Position numbers and translations under genes: made by a program. This document shows, in pieces, positions 9,224 through 17,890 of a DNA stretch of 46,182 nt. The notes below the pieces were generated by a model. The model was not told where the DNA came from. It saw only the letters and a program-made list of their open reading frames with translations, and did no database searches. How positions within the stretch are numbered: the stretch's first letter is position 1; the number at the start of each line of letters is the position of its first letter. This stretch comes from Gemmatimonadota bacterium (GTDB lineage: Bacteria; Latescibacterota; UBA2968; UBA8231), in contig JAYPJE010000033.1 of the NCBI GenBank assembly GCA_038128265.1, forward strand, positions 1-46,182, written 5' to 3'.

Positions 9224-10060
9224 TCAAGTCTCAAGGCCGCGTTGGCCGCGCCAGGTATGGCGCGGTGCGAACCCCAGCAGCCGCTCCGCCTTGCCAATAT
9301 CGACAAACGATGCGTCGGCGTTTAGCGTCGCATAGCGCAGCTCGGCTTGCGGATAGTATTCGGCGATTACTTCAGCCGTGGGCCGCTCGTGCCCCGAGTC
9401 GCTGGCGCTGACAAGAAAACTCTCGTGTTGGATCTCCTCGTCGCACAGCGCAGCATGGACCAACACGGCAAAATCGCGCACGTCAAAATACTGGTATATG
9501 CCTACTTCCATCGTGCGATCTGCGCTAGGGTAGAGATCGTAGCGTGTTCCCGGAGCCACTGCGGTCGTCAAGCGAAAGCAATAGGTGCGTATGCCACTGC
9601 GCTCGCTAAAACTGCGGCATAGCTGCTCGCCGACGATTTTACTCAAGCCATAGGGTCGATTGGCCTGCAGCGGATGCGCCTCGTCTATGGGGAAATACTG
9701 CGGATCGACATTTTGTCCAAAACCGTACGCCATGATGCTCGAAGCGAATAGAAAGTGCGAGACACCGGCTTCGACAGACAGCTCCAGAGCGTTGTAGGTT
9801 CCCTGAACATTGGTGGAAAACACTTCGTGCAGGGGCGGAATATCATAGGGAATGCCCGCTAGGTGGACGACCCCTCCAACCCCTTGTAGCGCCCGTCCCA
9901 AAGCATCGCGGTCGAGCATATCCCCCTGGTGGAAGGCCACACCGGCAAACGGGCTTTCCGGTGCGGTGCGGTCGTAGCCCACTACTTCGTGCAGCCGACT
10001 CAGTTCCTCGACCAATACCGAGCCAATAAGTCCACTACTACCCGTTACGAGTACTTTCAT
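9224..10060 (-). CDS. NAD-dependent epimerase/dehydratase (extended SDR)
   Basis: TGSSGLIG, VHLAG, FASS, YGLSK. Confidence 0.9.
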   Translation of the reverse strand: MKVLVTGSSGLIGSVLVEELSRLHEVVGYDRTAPESPFAGVAFHQGDMLDRDALGRALQGVGGVVHLAGIPYDIPPLHEVFSTNVQGTYNALELSVEAGVSHFLFASSIMAYGFGQNVDPQYFPIDEAHPLQANRPYGLSKIVGEQLCRSFSERSGIRTYCFRLTTAVAPGTRYDLYPSADRTMEVGIYQYFDVRDFAVLVHAALCDEEIQHESFLVSASDSGHERPTAEVIAEYYPQAELRYATLNADASFVDIGKAERLLGFAPRHTWRGQRGLET

Positions 10061-10145
10061 CGCAGATCCTCGCCGCCGATTACGAACCCACCCTCTGGGC
10101 GACCGTATCTATCCAGAGCGATGGCACACCACTCGATCCCACATC

Positions 10146-11033
10146 CTAGCGCAGGCCGCGAATGCGCTTGGCCGCCTCAATTGTATTGTAGAGCAGCATA
10201 GCGATCGTCATTGGCCCGACGCCGTTGGGCACAGGCGTTATGGCGCTGGCCTTTTTGCGCACTTCCGGATAGTCGACGTCGCCGACCAATCGCCACCCGC
10301 GCTCGCGCGAAGAATCGTCAATGCGATTGACACCGACATCAATAACTACGGCCCCTTCTCCCACCATATCGGCTGTGATAGCAGCAGGCTGGCCCGCGGC
10401 AACTACGAGAATATCGGCCTGGCGCGTAAAATGGCCCAGGTCGCGCGTGCCGGTATGGCACATCGTCACCGTGGCGTTGCCGCCCTCCATTTTTTGCGCC
10501 AATAGGTTGGCAACGGGACGGCCAACCAGCGCACTGCGCCCTACGACGACAGCATGGCGGCCGGCGACCTCGATGTGGCTGCGCTGCAGTATCTGCAGCA
10601 CCCCGTGCGGCGTGCAGGGCCATACCCCTTCCTCACCGCGCAGCAGTCGCCCCATATTTACGGGGTGCAGCCCATCGACATCCTTGGCCGGTGAAAGGGC
10701 GTTTAAAACGCGCTGTTCGTCCTGACCCGGCAGCGGCAGCTGCACGAGAATACCGTGGATATCCGCATCCGCGTTGAGCTCGCCAATCGTTTCTAATAGG
10801 TCGTCCGTGCTTAGCGAAGCGGGGAAATCGAGCTGCAGCGAGTGCATTCCCAGCTCTTGACATGCCTGCGTCTTCGAGCGCACGTAGGACAGCGATGCCG
10901 GGTTTTCCCCCACGAGCACCACAGCCAACCCGGGCACGAGGTCATGTTCGCTCTTGAGCCGTGCAACTTCTTCCTGCATTTCCGCGCGCACCTGCGCCGC
11001 AATTTCGCGTCCGTCCAAACGAAGAGCTACCAA
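10146..11033 (-). CDS. folD: Bifunctional methylenetetrahydrofolate dehydrogenase/cyclohydrolase
   Basis: YVRSK, HGILVQLPLP, KDVDGLHPVN, PCTP, GRSALVGRP, TPVPNGVGPMT. Confidence 0.97.
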   Translation of the reverse strand: MVALRLDGREIAAQVRAEMQEEVARLKSEHDLVPGLAVVLVGENPASLSYVRSKTQACQELGMHSLQLDFPASLSTDDLLETIGELNADADIHGILVQLPLPGQDEQRVLNALSPAKDVDGLHPVNMGRLLRGEEGVWPCTPHGVLQILQRSHIEVAGRHAVVVGRSALVGRPVANLLAQKMEGGNATVTMCHTGTRDLGHFTRQADILVVAAGQPAAITADMVGEGAVVIDVGVNRIDDSSRERGWRLVGDVDYPEVRKKASAITPVPNGVGPMTIAMLLYNTIEAAKRIRGLR

Positions 11034-11043
11034 GAGAAGCCTC

Positions 11044-12402
11044 CTATGCGCTCGGCGGGTTTAGACGCTCTTTGCCGACGACAGCGCGCAGCACCTCGGG
11101 TACGATAACCGAACCGTCGCTCTGCTGATAGTTGTCGAGTATGGCGATGAGCAAGCGCCCCATAGCCGCGCCCGTATCGTTGACGGTATGGCAGTAGCCG
11201 CGACCCTGCTCGCCCTTGTAGCGAATGCCGAGTCGGCGCGCCTGGTAGTCCGTCGTATTGGTATCGGTCATCACCTCCATATACTCGCGCGAGCCCGAAA
11301 GCCACGCCTCTAAGTCGCGCTGGCGGTGACTAGCTAGATATCCGGCATCGCCCGTGCATTTATCGACTACGCGATAGGGCAGTTCCAGCTGCTGTAAGAG
11401 CCACTCGTTGATCTCGGCAAACTCCGCGTATATCGCCTCTGACTGTTCGGGCAGGCAGACCGCATTCATTTCGATTTTGTCGAATTGGTGCACGCGCTTA
11501 ATGCCCTTGACGTCTTTGCCCCACGAGCCCGCCTCCGAACGAAAGCAGGCGGTGTAGGCAAAGAGCTTGGCCGGGAGCTGGTCGGCATCTAGGACGCGGT
11601 CGGCAAAGTAGCTAAAGTTGGTTGGCTCGGAAGAGCCTACGAGAAAGAGCTGCGTTCCGTCTTCGACGTTTTCGCTATTAATGGCATAGACCTGATCGCG
11701 CCCTTCGGGAAAGTGCGACGTCCCGTAGAGCGCGCGCTCGCGCACCAGCAGCGGCGGCACAAACATTTCGTAACCGCGTCCCAATAGCTCGTCTATCAGC
11801 AGGCGACTGAGCGCGTACTGCATGCGTGAAAGATCACCGCGCACATAGGCAAAGCGCGATCCAGACACCTGGGAAGCCTGCAGCGTATCGACGCCACCGA
11901 GCTGCACACCGAGCTCCGAGTGATGTGCCGCTTCAAACTCGCCGTCGCCGTGCACGGGGAAGATCGGCATGTGGCGTGCACTGTCCTCACCGGTTCCCAG
12001 CTTGTCGCTATCGAGATAGCCCTGACCGGGGACCCATGCCTTCTCCTCAACGTTGTCCTCTTCACCAGCACCGTGCGGCATGTCTACGTGCGGCCAGTTG
12101 GGAAACCAGTCTAGTATGCGCTGCCACTCGTCGTTGACTTCGCCCATTTTGGTATCCAGCACACGCGATGCTTCGCGCAGTTCCATGCCCTTGGCACGCG
12201 CGGCGTCGGGGTTTTCTCTCCCCAGCTTGGCCAGCTCTTTCTTTTCGCTGTTAAGCGCATCAATCTCGCCCTGCAATTCCCTCCGCATTCCATCCAATTC
12301 CAACCAGCGATCGACATTGGCATGGGCGGGATCTACTTTGCGCAGGCGAATCGCTTCGCGCAGTACATCGGCGTTGGCACGCGCCGTCTTGGCGTCAATC
12401 AT
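11044..12402 (-). CDS. serS: Serine--tRNA ligase (divergent form)
   Basis: N-terminal coiled coil, SGSRF, motif 2 CFRSEAGSWGKDVKGIKRVHQFDKIE, DYQARRL, GRLLIAILDNYQ. Start reset to ATG 12402 (GGAGAGAGG RBS). Confidence 0.95.
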   Translation of the reverse strand: MIDAKTARANADVLREAIRLRKVDPAHANVDRWLELDGMRRELQGEIDALNSEKKELAKLGRENPDAARAKGMELREASRVLDTKMGEVNDEWQRILDWFPNWPHVDMPHGAGEEDNVEEKAWVPGQGYLDSDKLGTGEDSARHMPIFPVHGDGEFEAAHHSELGVQLGGVDTLQASQVSGSRFAYVRGDLSRMQYALSRLLIDELLGRGYEMFVPPLLVRERALYGTSHFPEGRDQVYAINSENVEDGTQLFLVGSSEPTNFSYFADRVLDADQLPAKLFAYTACFRSEAGSWGKDVKGIKRVHQFDKIEMNAVCLPEQSEAIYAEFAEINEWLLQQLELPYRVVDKCTGDAGYLASHRQRDLEAWLSGSREYMEVMTDTNTTDYQARRLGIRYKGEQGRGYCHTVNDTGAAMGRLLIAILDNYQQSDGSVIVPEVLRAVVGKERLNPPSA

Positions 12403-12592
12403 TATGCAGTTCCTCTCTCCAATACTGTCTAAAAAACGCAGATATCGCCCATTCTCGCAACACGAACCATCGCATCCCAATCTCTCGTATGGCTCTTATA
12501 TAGCCCCTTTTTACATACACCATAGACCTGTCTATTGCAGCCACTTGTCGGCGACAGCAGGAGCCGATATCTTGCTCCATAAAGGAGATATA

Positions 12593-13201
12593 ATGGACGC
12601 GCTTTATCTACATAGAAACGACTTTGCCGCGGATCCCTTTGCCCAATTCGCGGTCTGGTACGAGCGGGCACAGGCCAGCGACATCGCCCTTCCCCACGCC
12701 ATGACGCTGGCCACCGCCGATGCGGAAGGCCGCCCCTCGGCGCGCATGGTTCTGCTCAAGGAGTTCAGCGAGGACGGATTTGTTTTTTACACCAATAGCC
12801 AAAGCCGCAAGGGGCGCGACCTGCGGCAAAACCCCCGCGCAGCGCTGGTATTTCACTGGGAGGTCTTGCGCAGGCAGGTGCGCATCGAAGGCGACGTCGC
12901 ACAGGTGAGCGCGCGCGAAGCCGATGCCTACTTCGCGACGCGTCCCCGCGGTTCGCAGCTGGGCGCATGGGCCTCGCCACAGAGCGAAACCATAGCAGAC
13001 CGCGACGATCTGCGCTGCGAAATTGACCGTTTAGAAACCCTTTACGGGGAAAGTACCGTGCCGCGCCCGCCGAACTGGAACGGCTACAGACTGTCTCCCC
13101 ACACCGTCGAGTTCTGGGCCGATCAACCGAGCCGACTGCACGACCGCTTTGTCTACAGGCGATCCGATGACGGCTGGGACCTGCTGCAGCTAGCCCCTTA
13201 A
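12593..13201 (+). CDS. pdxH: Pyridoxine/pyridoxamine 5'-phosphate oxidase
   Basis: PSARMVLLK, FYTN.QSRKG, YFATRPRGSQLGAWAS.QS, EFW...RLHDRF. AAAGGAG RBS before ATG 12593. Confidence 0.96.
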   Translation: MDALYLHRNDFAADPFAQFAVWYERAQASDIALPHAMTLATADAEGRPSARMVLLKEFSEDGFVFYTNSQSRKGRDLRQNPRAALVFHWEVLRRQVRIEGDVAQVSAREADAYFATRPRGSQLGAWASPQSETIADRDDLRCEIDRLETLYGESTVPRPPNWNGYRLSPHTVEFWADQPSRLHDRFVYRRSDDGWDLLQLAP

Positions 13202-13220
13202 AACAGGCGTAGACCATTCC

Positions 13221-13652
13221 GTGCAGATCGACAACGGTCCTTACTACCTAACGCGCGATGTAACCACCGCGCACCTGCGCGCCGTTCACGCGTATTTATC
13301 CGAACAGTCCTATTGGGCGCGCGGGCGCTCTTTTGACTGCGTGGCCCGCTCTCTGCAGCACTCCGAGTGCTTTGTCGTTGAGAAAGAAGGAGAACTGGCG
13401 GGCTTTGCCCGGGCCATTACCGACCAATCGACCTTTGCCTACCTGGCCGATGTCTTTGTTCTGCCAGCTCACCGTGGGCATGGATTAGGCAAGTGGCTGA
13501 TTGAGCATATTGTCGAGCACTCTGAACTGCGCACACTCGGCTGGCTCTTGGCCACCGCCGATGCCCACGCCCTTTACGGCCGCTTCGGCTTTACGCCGGC
13601 CGAGGGTTCGACGCGCTACATGCGACGCCCGGCGCGCGACGCATCCTCTTAG
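13221..13652 (+). CDS. GNAT family N-acetyltransferase
   Basis: SYWA, GFARAITD, AYLADVFV, HRGHGLG (motif A), LYGRFGF. Confidence 0.9.
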   Translation: MQIDNGPYYLTRDVTTAHLRAVHAYLSEQSYWARGRSFDCVARSLQHSECFVVEKEGELAGFARAITDQSTFAYLADVFVLPAHRGHGLGKWLIEHIVEHSELRTLGWLLATADAHALYGRFGFTPAEGSTRYMRRPARDASS

Positions 13653-14572
13653 TGCTTGCCCGGCACTTCGTCAAGCCAGCGGCGGCTGCCGCCATAGGCC
13701 GTCAATATCTGCTCCAATAACCGGCGTATGGCCGGACCAAAATAGCGCCCGCGCCGGCGGGCGATGCCAATTTCGCGTTCAAAAGAAACCCCTTCAACCT
13801 CTACCGTGCACAGATCGCCGCGCGCTACGGAATCAGCGATGGCCACTTCCGGTAGAAAGGAAATCCCCACCCCGGCCTCGACCAGCTTGCGCATGGCCTC
13901 GGGGCTGCGCATTTCCATTACAGCGCCGGGTTGCAGCCCGATTTCGGCCAGCTTTTCGTCGACGATTTTGCGCGAAACAGAATCGGCGTGAAAGAGCAGA
14001 AGCGGCTCTTTCACTACGTCCCCTAGCTGCACCATGGACACTCCGGCAAAGTGATGGTCGCATCCCACCACCAGCGGCATGCGATCCCGGTAGAGCGAAA
14101 CGGAATCGATCTTCGGATGTTCATAGGGTAGCGATATGAGCGCAAACTCCGATCGATTCATCAATAAATCTTCGACCAGATAGCGCGAGGGTGCGACCTG
14201 AGCACGGAGCTCAACGCCGGGATTCTCTCGCATGTAGGCCTTGAGGATTTCCGGCAATAAGTAGATCACGGCGGCATCGATAGCACCGAAGCGAAAGCCA
14301 TCGCCGGGGCCCAGCGCGCGCCGCTGCAGCTTTTCTCCCACTTCGTCGAGCAGATCTTCTATCTGCAGGGCGTAATTCATCAACAAACGTCCCTCGGTGG
14401 TCAGCTCCACGTGACGACTATCGCGATTAAACAGCTGCGCACCCAACGCGCGCTCCAACTCGCCAATGCCACTGCTCACCGTAGGCTGCGTCACGTTCAT
14501 ATCGCGCGCGGCTGGCGTAAATCCACCCGTGCGCGCCACGGCGAGAAAGTAGCGCAGGTGCTGTAGGTTCAC
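13649..14572 (-). CDS. LysR family transcriptional regulator
   Basis: N-terminal wHTH (YFLAVA..GGFT.AA....TQPTVS..I.ELE..LG..LF.R), C-terminal VEAGVGISFLP. Confidence 0.95.
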   Translation of the reverse strand: MNLQHLRYFLAVARTGGFTPAARDMNVTQPTVSSGIGELERALGAQLFNRDSRHVELTTEGRLLMNYALQIEDLLDEVGEKLQRRALGPGDGFRFGAIDAAVIYLLPEILKAYMRENPGVELRAQVAPSRYLVEDLLMNRSEFALISLPYEHPKIDSVSLYRDRMPLVVGCDHHFAGVSMVQLGDVVKEPLLLFHADSVSRKIVDEKLAEIGLQPGAVMEMRSPEAMRKLVEAGVGISFLPEVAIADSVARGDLCTVEVEGVSFEREIGIARRRGRYFGPAIRRLLEQILTAYGGSRRWLDEVPGKH

Positions 14573-14588
14573 CGCTTGTCTCCCTCTT

Positions 14589-14616
14589 TTGCGCCCCGGA
14601 CTAGCACGGCTATATT
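14589..14616 (+). promoter_or_regulatory. Candidate sigma70 promoter for the HAD gene (possibly leaderless)
   Basis: TTGCGC-N16-TATATT, 8 nt upstream of ATG 14625, with no Shine-Dalgarno. Confidence 0.35.
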
Positions 14617-14624
14617 ACCCTCCC

Positions 14625-15287
14625 ATGTACGGGGTGATTTTCGATTGTGACGGCGTCCTCGTCGACAGCGAACGGTGGAGCTGCGGCGCTTGGCTACCCG
14701 TCTTGAAAAAACGCGGTATCGACGCCGAATTGGCCGATATCGAAGCGTTCTTAGGCCAATCGGACGGCGCCGTTCTGGCACACTACGCACGCGAAACGGG
14801 CCAAGCGCTGTCCGAAGCGCTCATCGCCGAGAAAGAAGCGCTCTATTTCGAGCTGGCCCGCAACACCTTGCAGACGTTCCCCGGCCTAATAGACCTCCTA
14901 GACAGACTTATGCAATCCCGCGTTCCCCTGGCCGTCGCCTCGTCCGGCCGACCGCACAAAATACGCTTCTCGCTGCAGCAAGTCGGCCTGTCCGAACGCC
15001 TTACGACCGTGTGCAGCGCCAGTGAGGTAACGCGAGGCAAACCCGCCCCCGACCTTTTCCTATATGCAGCCCAGCGCCTCGGCATAGCGGCCCCGCACTG
15101 CATCGTCATCGAGGACTCCCAAGCCGGTATACAAGCGGCCCGCGCCGCGGGAATGTACGCGATCGGCTTCTGCTCCAGTTTGCCCGCCCAACGCCTGCGA
15201 GAAGCCGGTGCCCACCGCGTATTTTCCGACTATACGGAGCTATTTCCGCTGTTGGAAGAAGCCGCGGAGACTTTTTTGCGAAAATAA
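14625..15287 (+). CDS. HAD-superfamily phosphatase (CbbY/beta-PGM-like)
   Basis: Motif I FDCDGVLVDS, ASSG, GKPAPD, IEDSQAG. Confidence 0.92.
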   Translation: MYGVIFDCDGVLVDSERWSCGAWLPVLKKRGIDAELADIEAFLGQSDGAVLAHYARETGQALSEALIAEKEALYFELARNTLQTFPGLIDLLDRLMQSRVPLAVASSGRPHKIRFSLQQVGLSERLTTVCSASEVTRGKPAPDLFLYAAQRLGIAAPHCIVIEDSQAGIQAARAAGMYAIGFCSSLPAQRLREAGAHRVFSDYTELFPLLEEAAETFLRK

Positions 15288-15321
15288 TTCAAGTCCCCCT
15301 ATTATGTGCCGATTAAATAGC

Positions 15322-15395
15322 TATATGGACTTCGGTCCACATCCTTGGGGCAAGCCCTGCTGGAAGCATCTCGCATCCAGCAGGGCTTCTATTTT
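15322..15395 (+). ncRNA. Candidate small structured RNA (cUUCGg hairpin plus terminator hairpin)
   Basis: TGGAC-TTCG-GTCCA (15326-15339), linker CATCCTTGGGGC, then a 13-bp stem and T-rich tail. AT-rich promoter-like sequence upstream. Boundaries approximate. Confidence 0.35.
15352..15395 (+). terminator. Intrinsic terminator, probably serving both convergent units (HAD and purU)
   Basis: Perfect 13-bp inverted repeat AAGCCCTGCTGGA (15352-15364) / TCCAGCAGGGCTT (15376-15388) followed by CTATTTT. Confidence 0.75.
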
Positions 15396-15461
15396 ATGGG
15401 ATCGCATCGCCGCAGCGAACAGAGCGCACATTCGCCCTATCTACTCCTCTACGCCCCGCTT

Positions 15462-16313
15462 TTAATCAAAAATAATTGTGCGGTTGCCCACCACGACAAC
15501 TTGGTCGGCAAAAACCAGATCCAACGCGCGCGCCAGCGCGATTTTTTCCACCTCGCGTCCAGCCCGCGCCATATCGCGTGCGCTTTGGCGATGGTCGACC
15601 GGTATAACGCTTTGTGCGACAATGGGTCCTTCGTCGAGGTCATCCGTCACAAAGTGAGCCGTCGCGCCGATGAGCTTCACACCGCGTTCAAAAGCCTGTC
15701 GATAGGGATTGGCCCCAATAAAGGCGGGTAGGAAGGAGTGGTGTATATTGATGATGCGATGGGTAAAGTGCCGGACAAACTCCGGGCTGAGGATGCGCAT
15801 ATACTTGGCTAGCACCACGTAGTCTAACTCATACTGAGCCAGGTGCTTTTGCAGCTGCTGCTCGTGTTCACGGCGCTCTAGCCCTACATGCGATATGCAG
15901 TGAAAGGGCACATCGAATTGGCCGACCAGATCGGCCAGCACCTCGTGGTTGCTGACCACGGCACAAATGTGTGCATTGAGATCCCCGTGAGCGTGCCGCA
16001 GCAGCAAATCGCCCAAACAGTGGTACTCTTTGGTCGCCAGCACGGCAATGCGTTTGGGCTCGGGGGAACGCAGCTGGACCCACGCATCGGCCGGCAGCAG
16101 TTCGGCCAGTTCGCAGCGCAAATCTTCTGCGCTTAGCGCGCCCTGCACGTCGGTGCGCATGTAGAAGTACCCGCTTTCGCCATCGACGAATTCACCGTTG
16201 CGCACAATATTGAGCCCGGCGCGAAAGAGCGCGCCCGTTATGCGGTGGACCAACCCCTTTTCGTCGCGGCATCCAACCAATACGATATGGCGCGGTTCGA
16301 CGCTAGAAGCCAA
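15462..16313 (-). CDS. purU: Formyltetrahydrofolate deformylase
   Basis: ACT domain (C.DEKGLV), HCLGDLL, VLAKYMRILS, INIHHSFLPAF.GANPY.QA, GATAHFV...LDEGPI. Confidence 0.97.
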   Translation of the reverse strand: MASSVEPRHIVLVGCRDEKGLVHRITGALFRAGLNIVRNGEFVDGESGYFYMRTDVQGALSAEDLRCELAELLPADAWVQLRSPEPKRIAVLATKEYHCLGDLLLRHAHGDLNAHICAVVSNHEVLADLVGQFDVPFHCISHVGLERREHEQQLQKHLAQYELDYVVLAKYMRILSPEFVRHFTHRIINIHHSFLPAFIGANPYRQAFERGVKLIGATAHFVTDDLDEGPIVAQSVIPVDHRQSARDMARAGREVEKIALARALDLVFADQVVVVGNRTIIFD

Positions 16314-17889
16314 CGGCCTGTCCCTCCTTGCGCGGCTCCGAAGCGGCGCAATAGCCGTCCTCGAGCCTGTATATCAGCTGTGCCCCGCCAAACATGGGCT
16401 GGCGCGCTAGGCGCTGCAGGCGATGTCCGCGGCTGGCCAATTCATCGAGCACCGCCGGGGAAAAATCCTCTTCTATCGCCACGTCTAAACCCCGCAGGAC
16501 CTGCCAGCGCGGCGCATCGGCTGCGGCCTGCGGATTCTGACCGTAGTCCACTAGGCGCAGCACCATCTGCGCATGCCCCTGCGCCTGCATCGGTCCGCCC
16601 ATGACGCCAAAGCTCATCAGAGGCTGGTTTCCCCTCATCAGAAAAGCGGGAATAATCGTGTGAAAGGGGCGCTTGCCCCCATCCACCTGATTGGGATGCC
16701 CATCCTCCAGAGAAAACCCCGTGCCGCGGTTCTGCAGGCTAATGCCCGTGTCGGGCACGACGATACCCGAGCCGAATCCCATGTAGTTGGACTGGATAAA
16801 GGACACCATCATGCCGCTGGCATCGGCGGCCGTCAGATAGACCGTTCCGCTCTGGGACGGCACGCCGTGTTGGGGGTCTTGGGCCCGCTTTAGATCAATG
16901 GAATCGGCCCGGCTTTTAAGATAGGCCTCATCGAGCAGCTCATCGGCGCTAACGTCCATATACTCTGGGTCGGCGATATAGCGGTAGGCGTCAGCCAGGG
17001 CCAGCTTCATCGCCTCGATCTGCACGTGCACGCTGTCGGCTGAATCTGCGGGAAATTGCTCTATATCGAGGTGACGCAATATGCCCAGGCACAGCAGGGC
17101 GCCAAGGCCCTGCCCGTTGGGTGGAATTTCGTGCAGCTGATGGCCGCGGTAGTCTTGGTGTATCGTCCCCACCCAATCGCAGCGGTGAGCGGCCAAATCG
17201 TCGAGCGTTAGCTGCCCTCCCAGCCGCGCCGCATCGGCCACCATTTGCTCGGCCAGCTCGCCGCGGTAAAAGTCCTCGCCTTCGCTCTCTGCAATGCGCT
17301 GCAGCGTGCGCGCCTGTGCTCTACAGGCAAAGCGTTCACCGGCTTGCGGTGCACGGCCAGCGGGCATAAATGCCTGCGCAAACCCCTCGTATTCGCCCAG
17401 CGTCTGGACCGCGCTAGCCCACGCCGCGGCTGTGACCGGTCCGACCAGAAAGCCCGACTCGGCGTATTGCACTGCCGGCTCAAAGAGCTGGGCAAAAGGG
17501 AGCTTGCCGAAACGACGGGAAACCTCAGCCCACGCCGATACACAGCCGGGCACTGTAACGGTGTCCCAACCACTGCGCGGCATCGCCTCGCGACCGGCAA
17601 AGTACTGCGGAGACCACGCCGCCGGCGCGCGCCCCGACGCATTGAGTCCGTGCAGGGCCTGACCATCCCACAGAATGCAAAAGGCATCGGAACCAATGCC
17701 GTTCATTGCCGGCTCGACAACCGTTAGCGCAATCGCCGTCGCCAGTGCTGCATCGGCGGCATTCCCCCCCTGCATCAGCATCCGCAAACCAGCCTGAGCG
17801 GCCAGCGGCTGTGAGGTTGCTACGACATTGTCCGCCAGCACGGGCATGCGCTGCGAAGCGTAGGGGAAAGTCCAATCGAAAGATGCCAT
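16303..17889 (-). CDS. Gamma-glutamyltransferase family (YwrD-like, cytoplasmic Ntn hydrolase)
   Basis: ATSQPLAAQAG, GIGSDAF, EIPPNGQG, SG|TVYL nucleophile Thr, KRPFHTIIP, GVMGGPMQ. ATG 17889. Confidence 0.92.
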   Translation of the reverse strand: MASFDWTFPYASQRMPVLADNVVATSQPLAAQAGLRMLMQGGNAADAALATAIALTVVEPAMNGIGSDAFCILWDGQALHGLNASGRAPAAWSPQYFAGREAMPRSGWDTVTVPGCVSAWAEVSRRFGKLPFAQLFEPAVQYAESGFLVGPVTAAAWASAVQTLGEYEGFAQAFMPAGRAPQAGERFACRAQARTLQRIAESEGEDFYRGELAEQMVADAARLGGQLTLDDLAAHRCDWVGTIHQDYRGHQLHEIPPNGQGLGALLCLGILRHLDIEQFPADSADSVHVQIEAMKLALADAYRYIADPEYMDVSADELLDEAYLKSRADSIDLKRAQDPQHGVPSQSGTVYLTAADASGMMVSFIQSNYMGFGSGIVVPDTGISLQNRGTGFSLEDGHPNQVDGGKRPFHTIIPAFLMRGNQPLMSFGVMGGPMQAQGHAQMVLRLVDYGQNPQAAADAPRWQVLRGLDVAIEEDFSPAVLDELASRGHRLQRLARQPMFGGAQLIYRLEDGYCAASEPRKEGQAVGF

Positions 17890-17890
17890 A

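Noticed and set aside
12053..12592. Apparent 180-aa N-terminal extension of PdxH
   Set aside because: Mostly an antisense shadow of serS. A strong AAAGGAG RBS marks ATG 12593 as the start.
12403..12592. T-box leader upstream of serS
   Set aside because: No T-box consensus or terminator/antiterminator seen, and the region is short and shared with pdxH.
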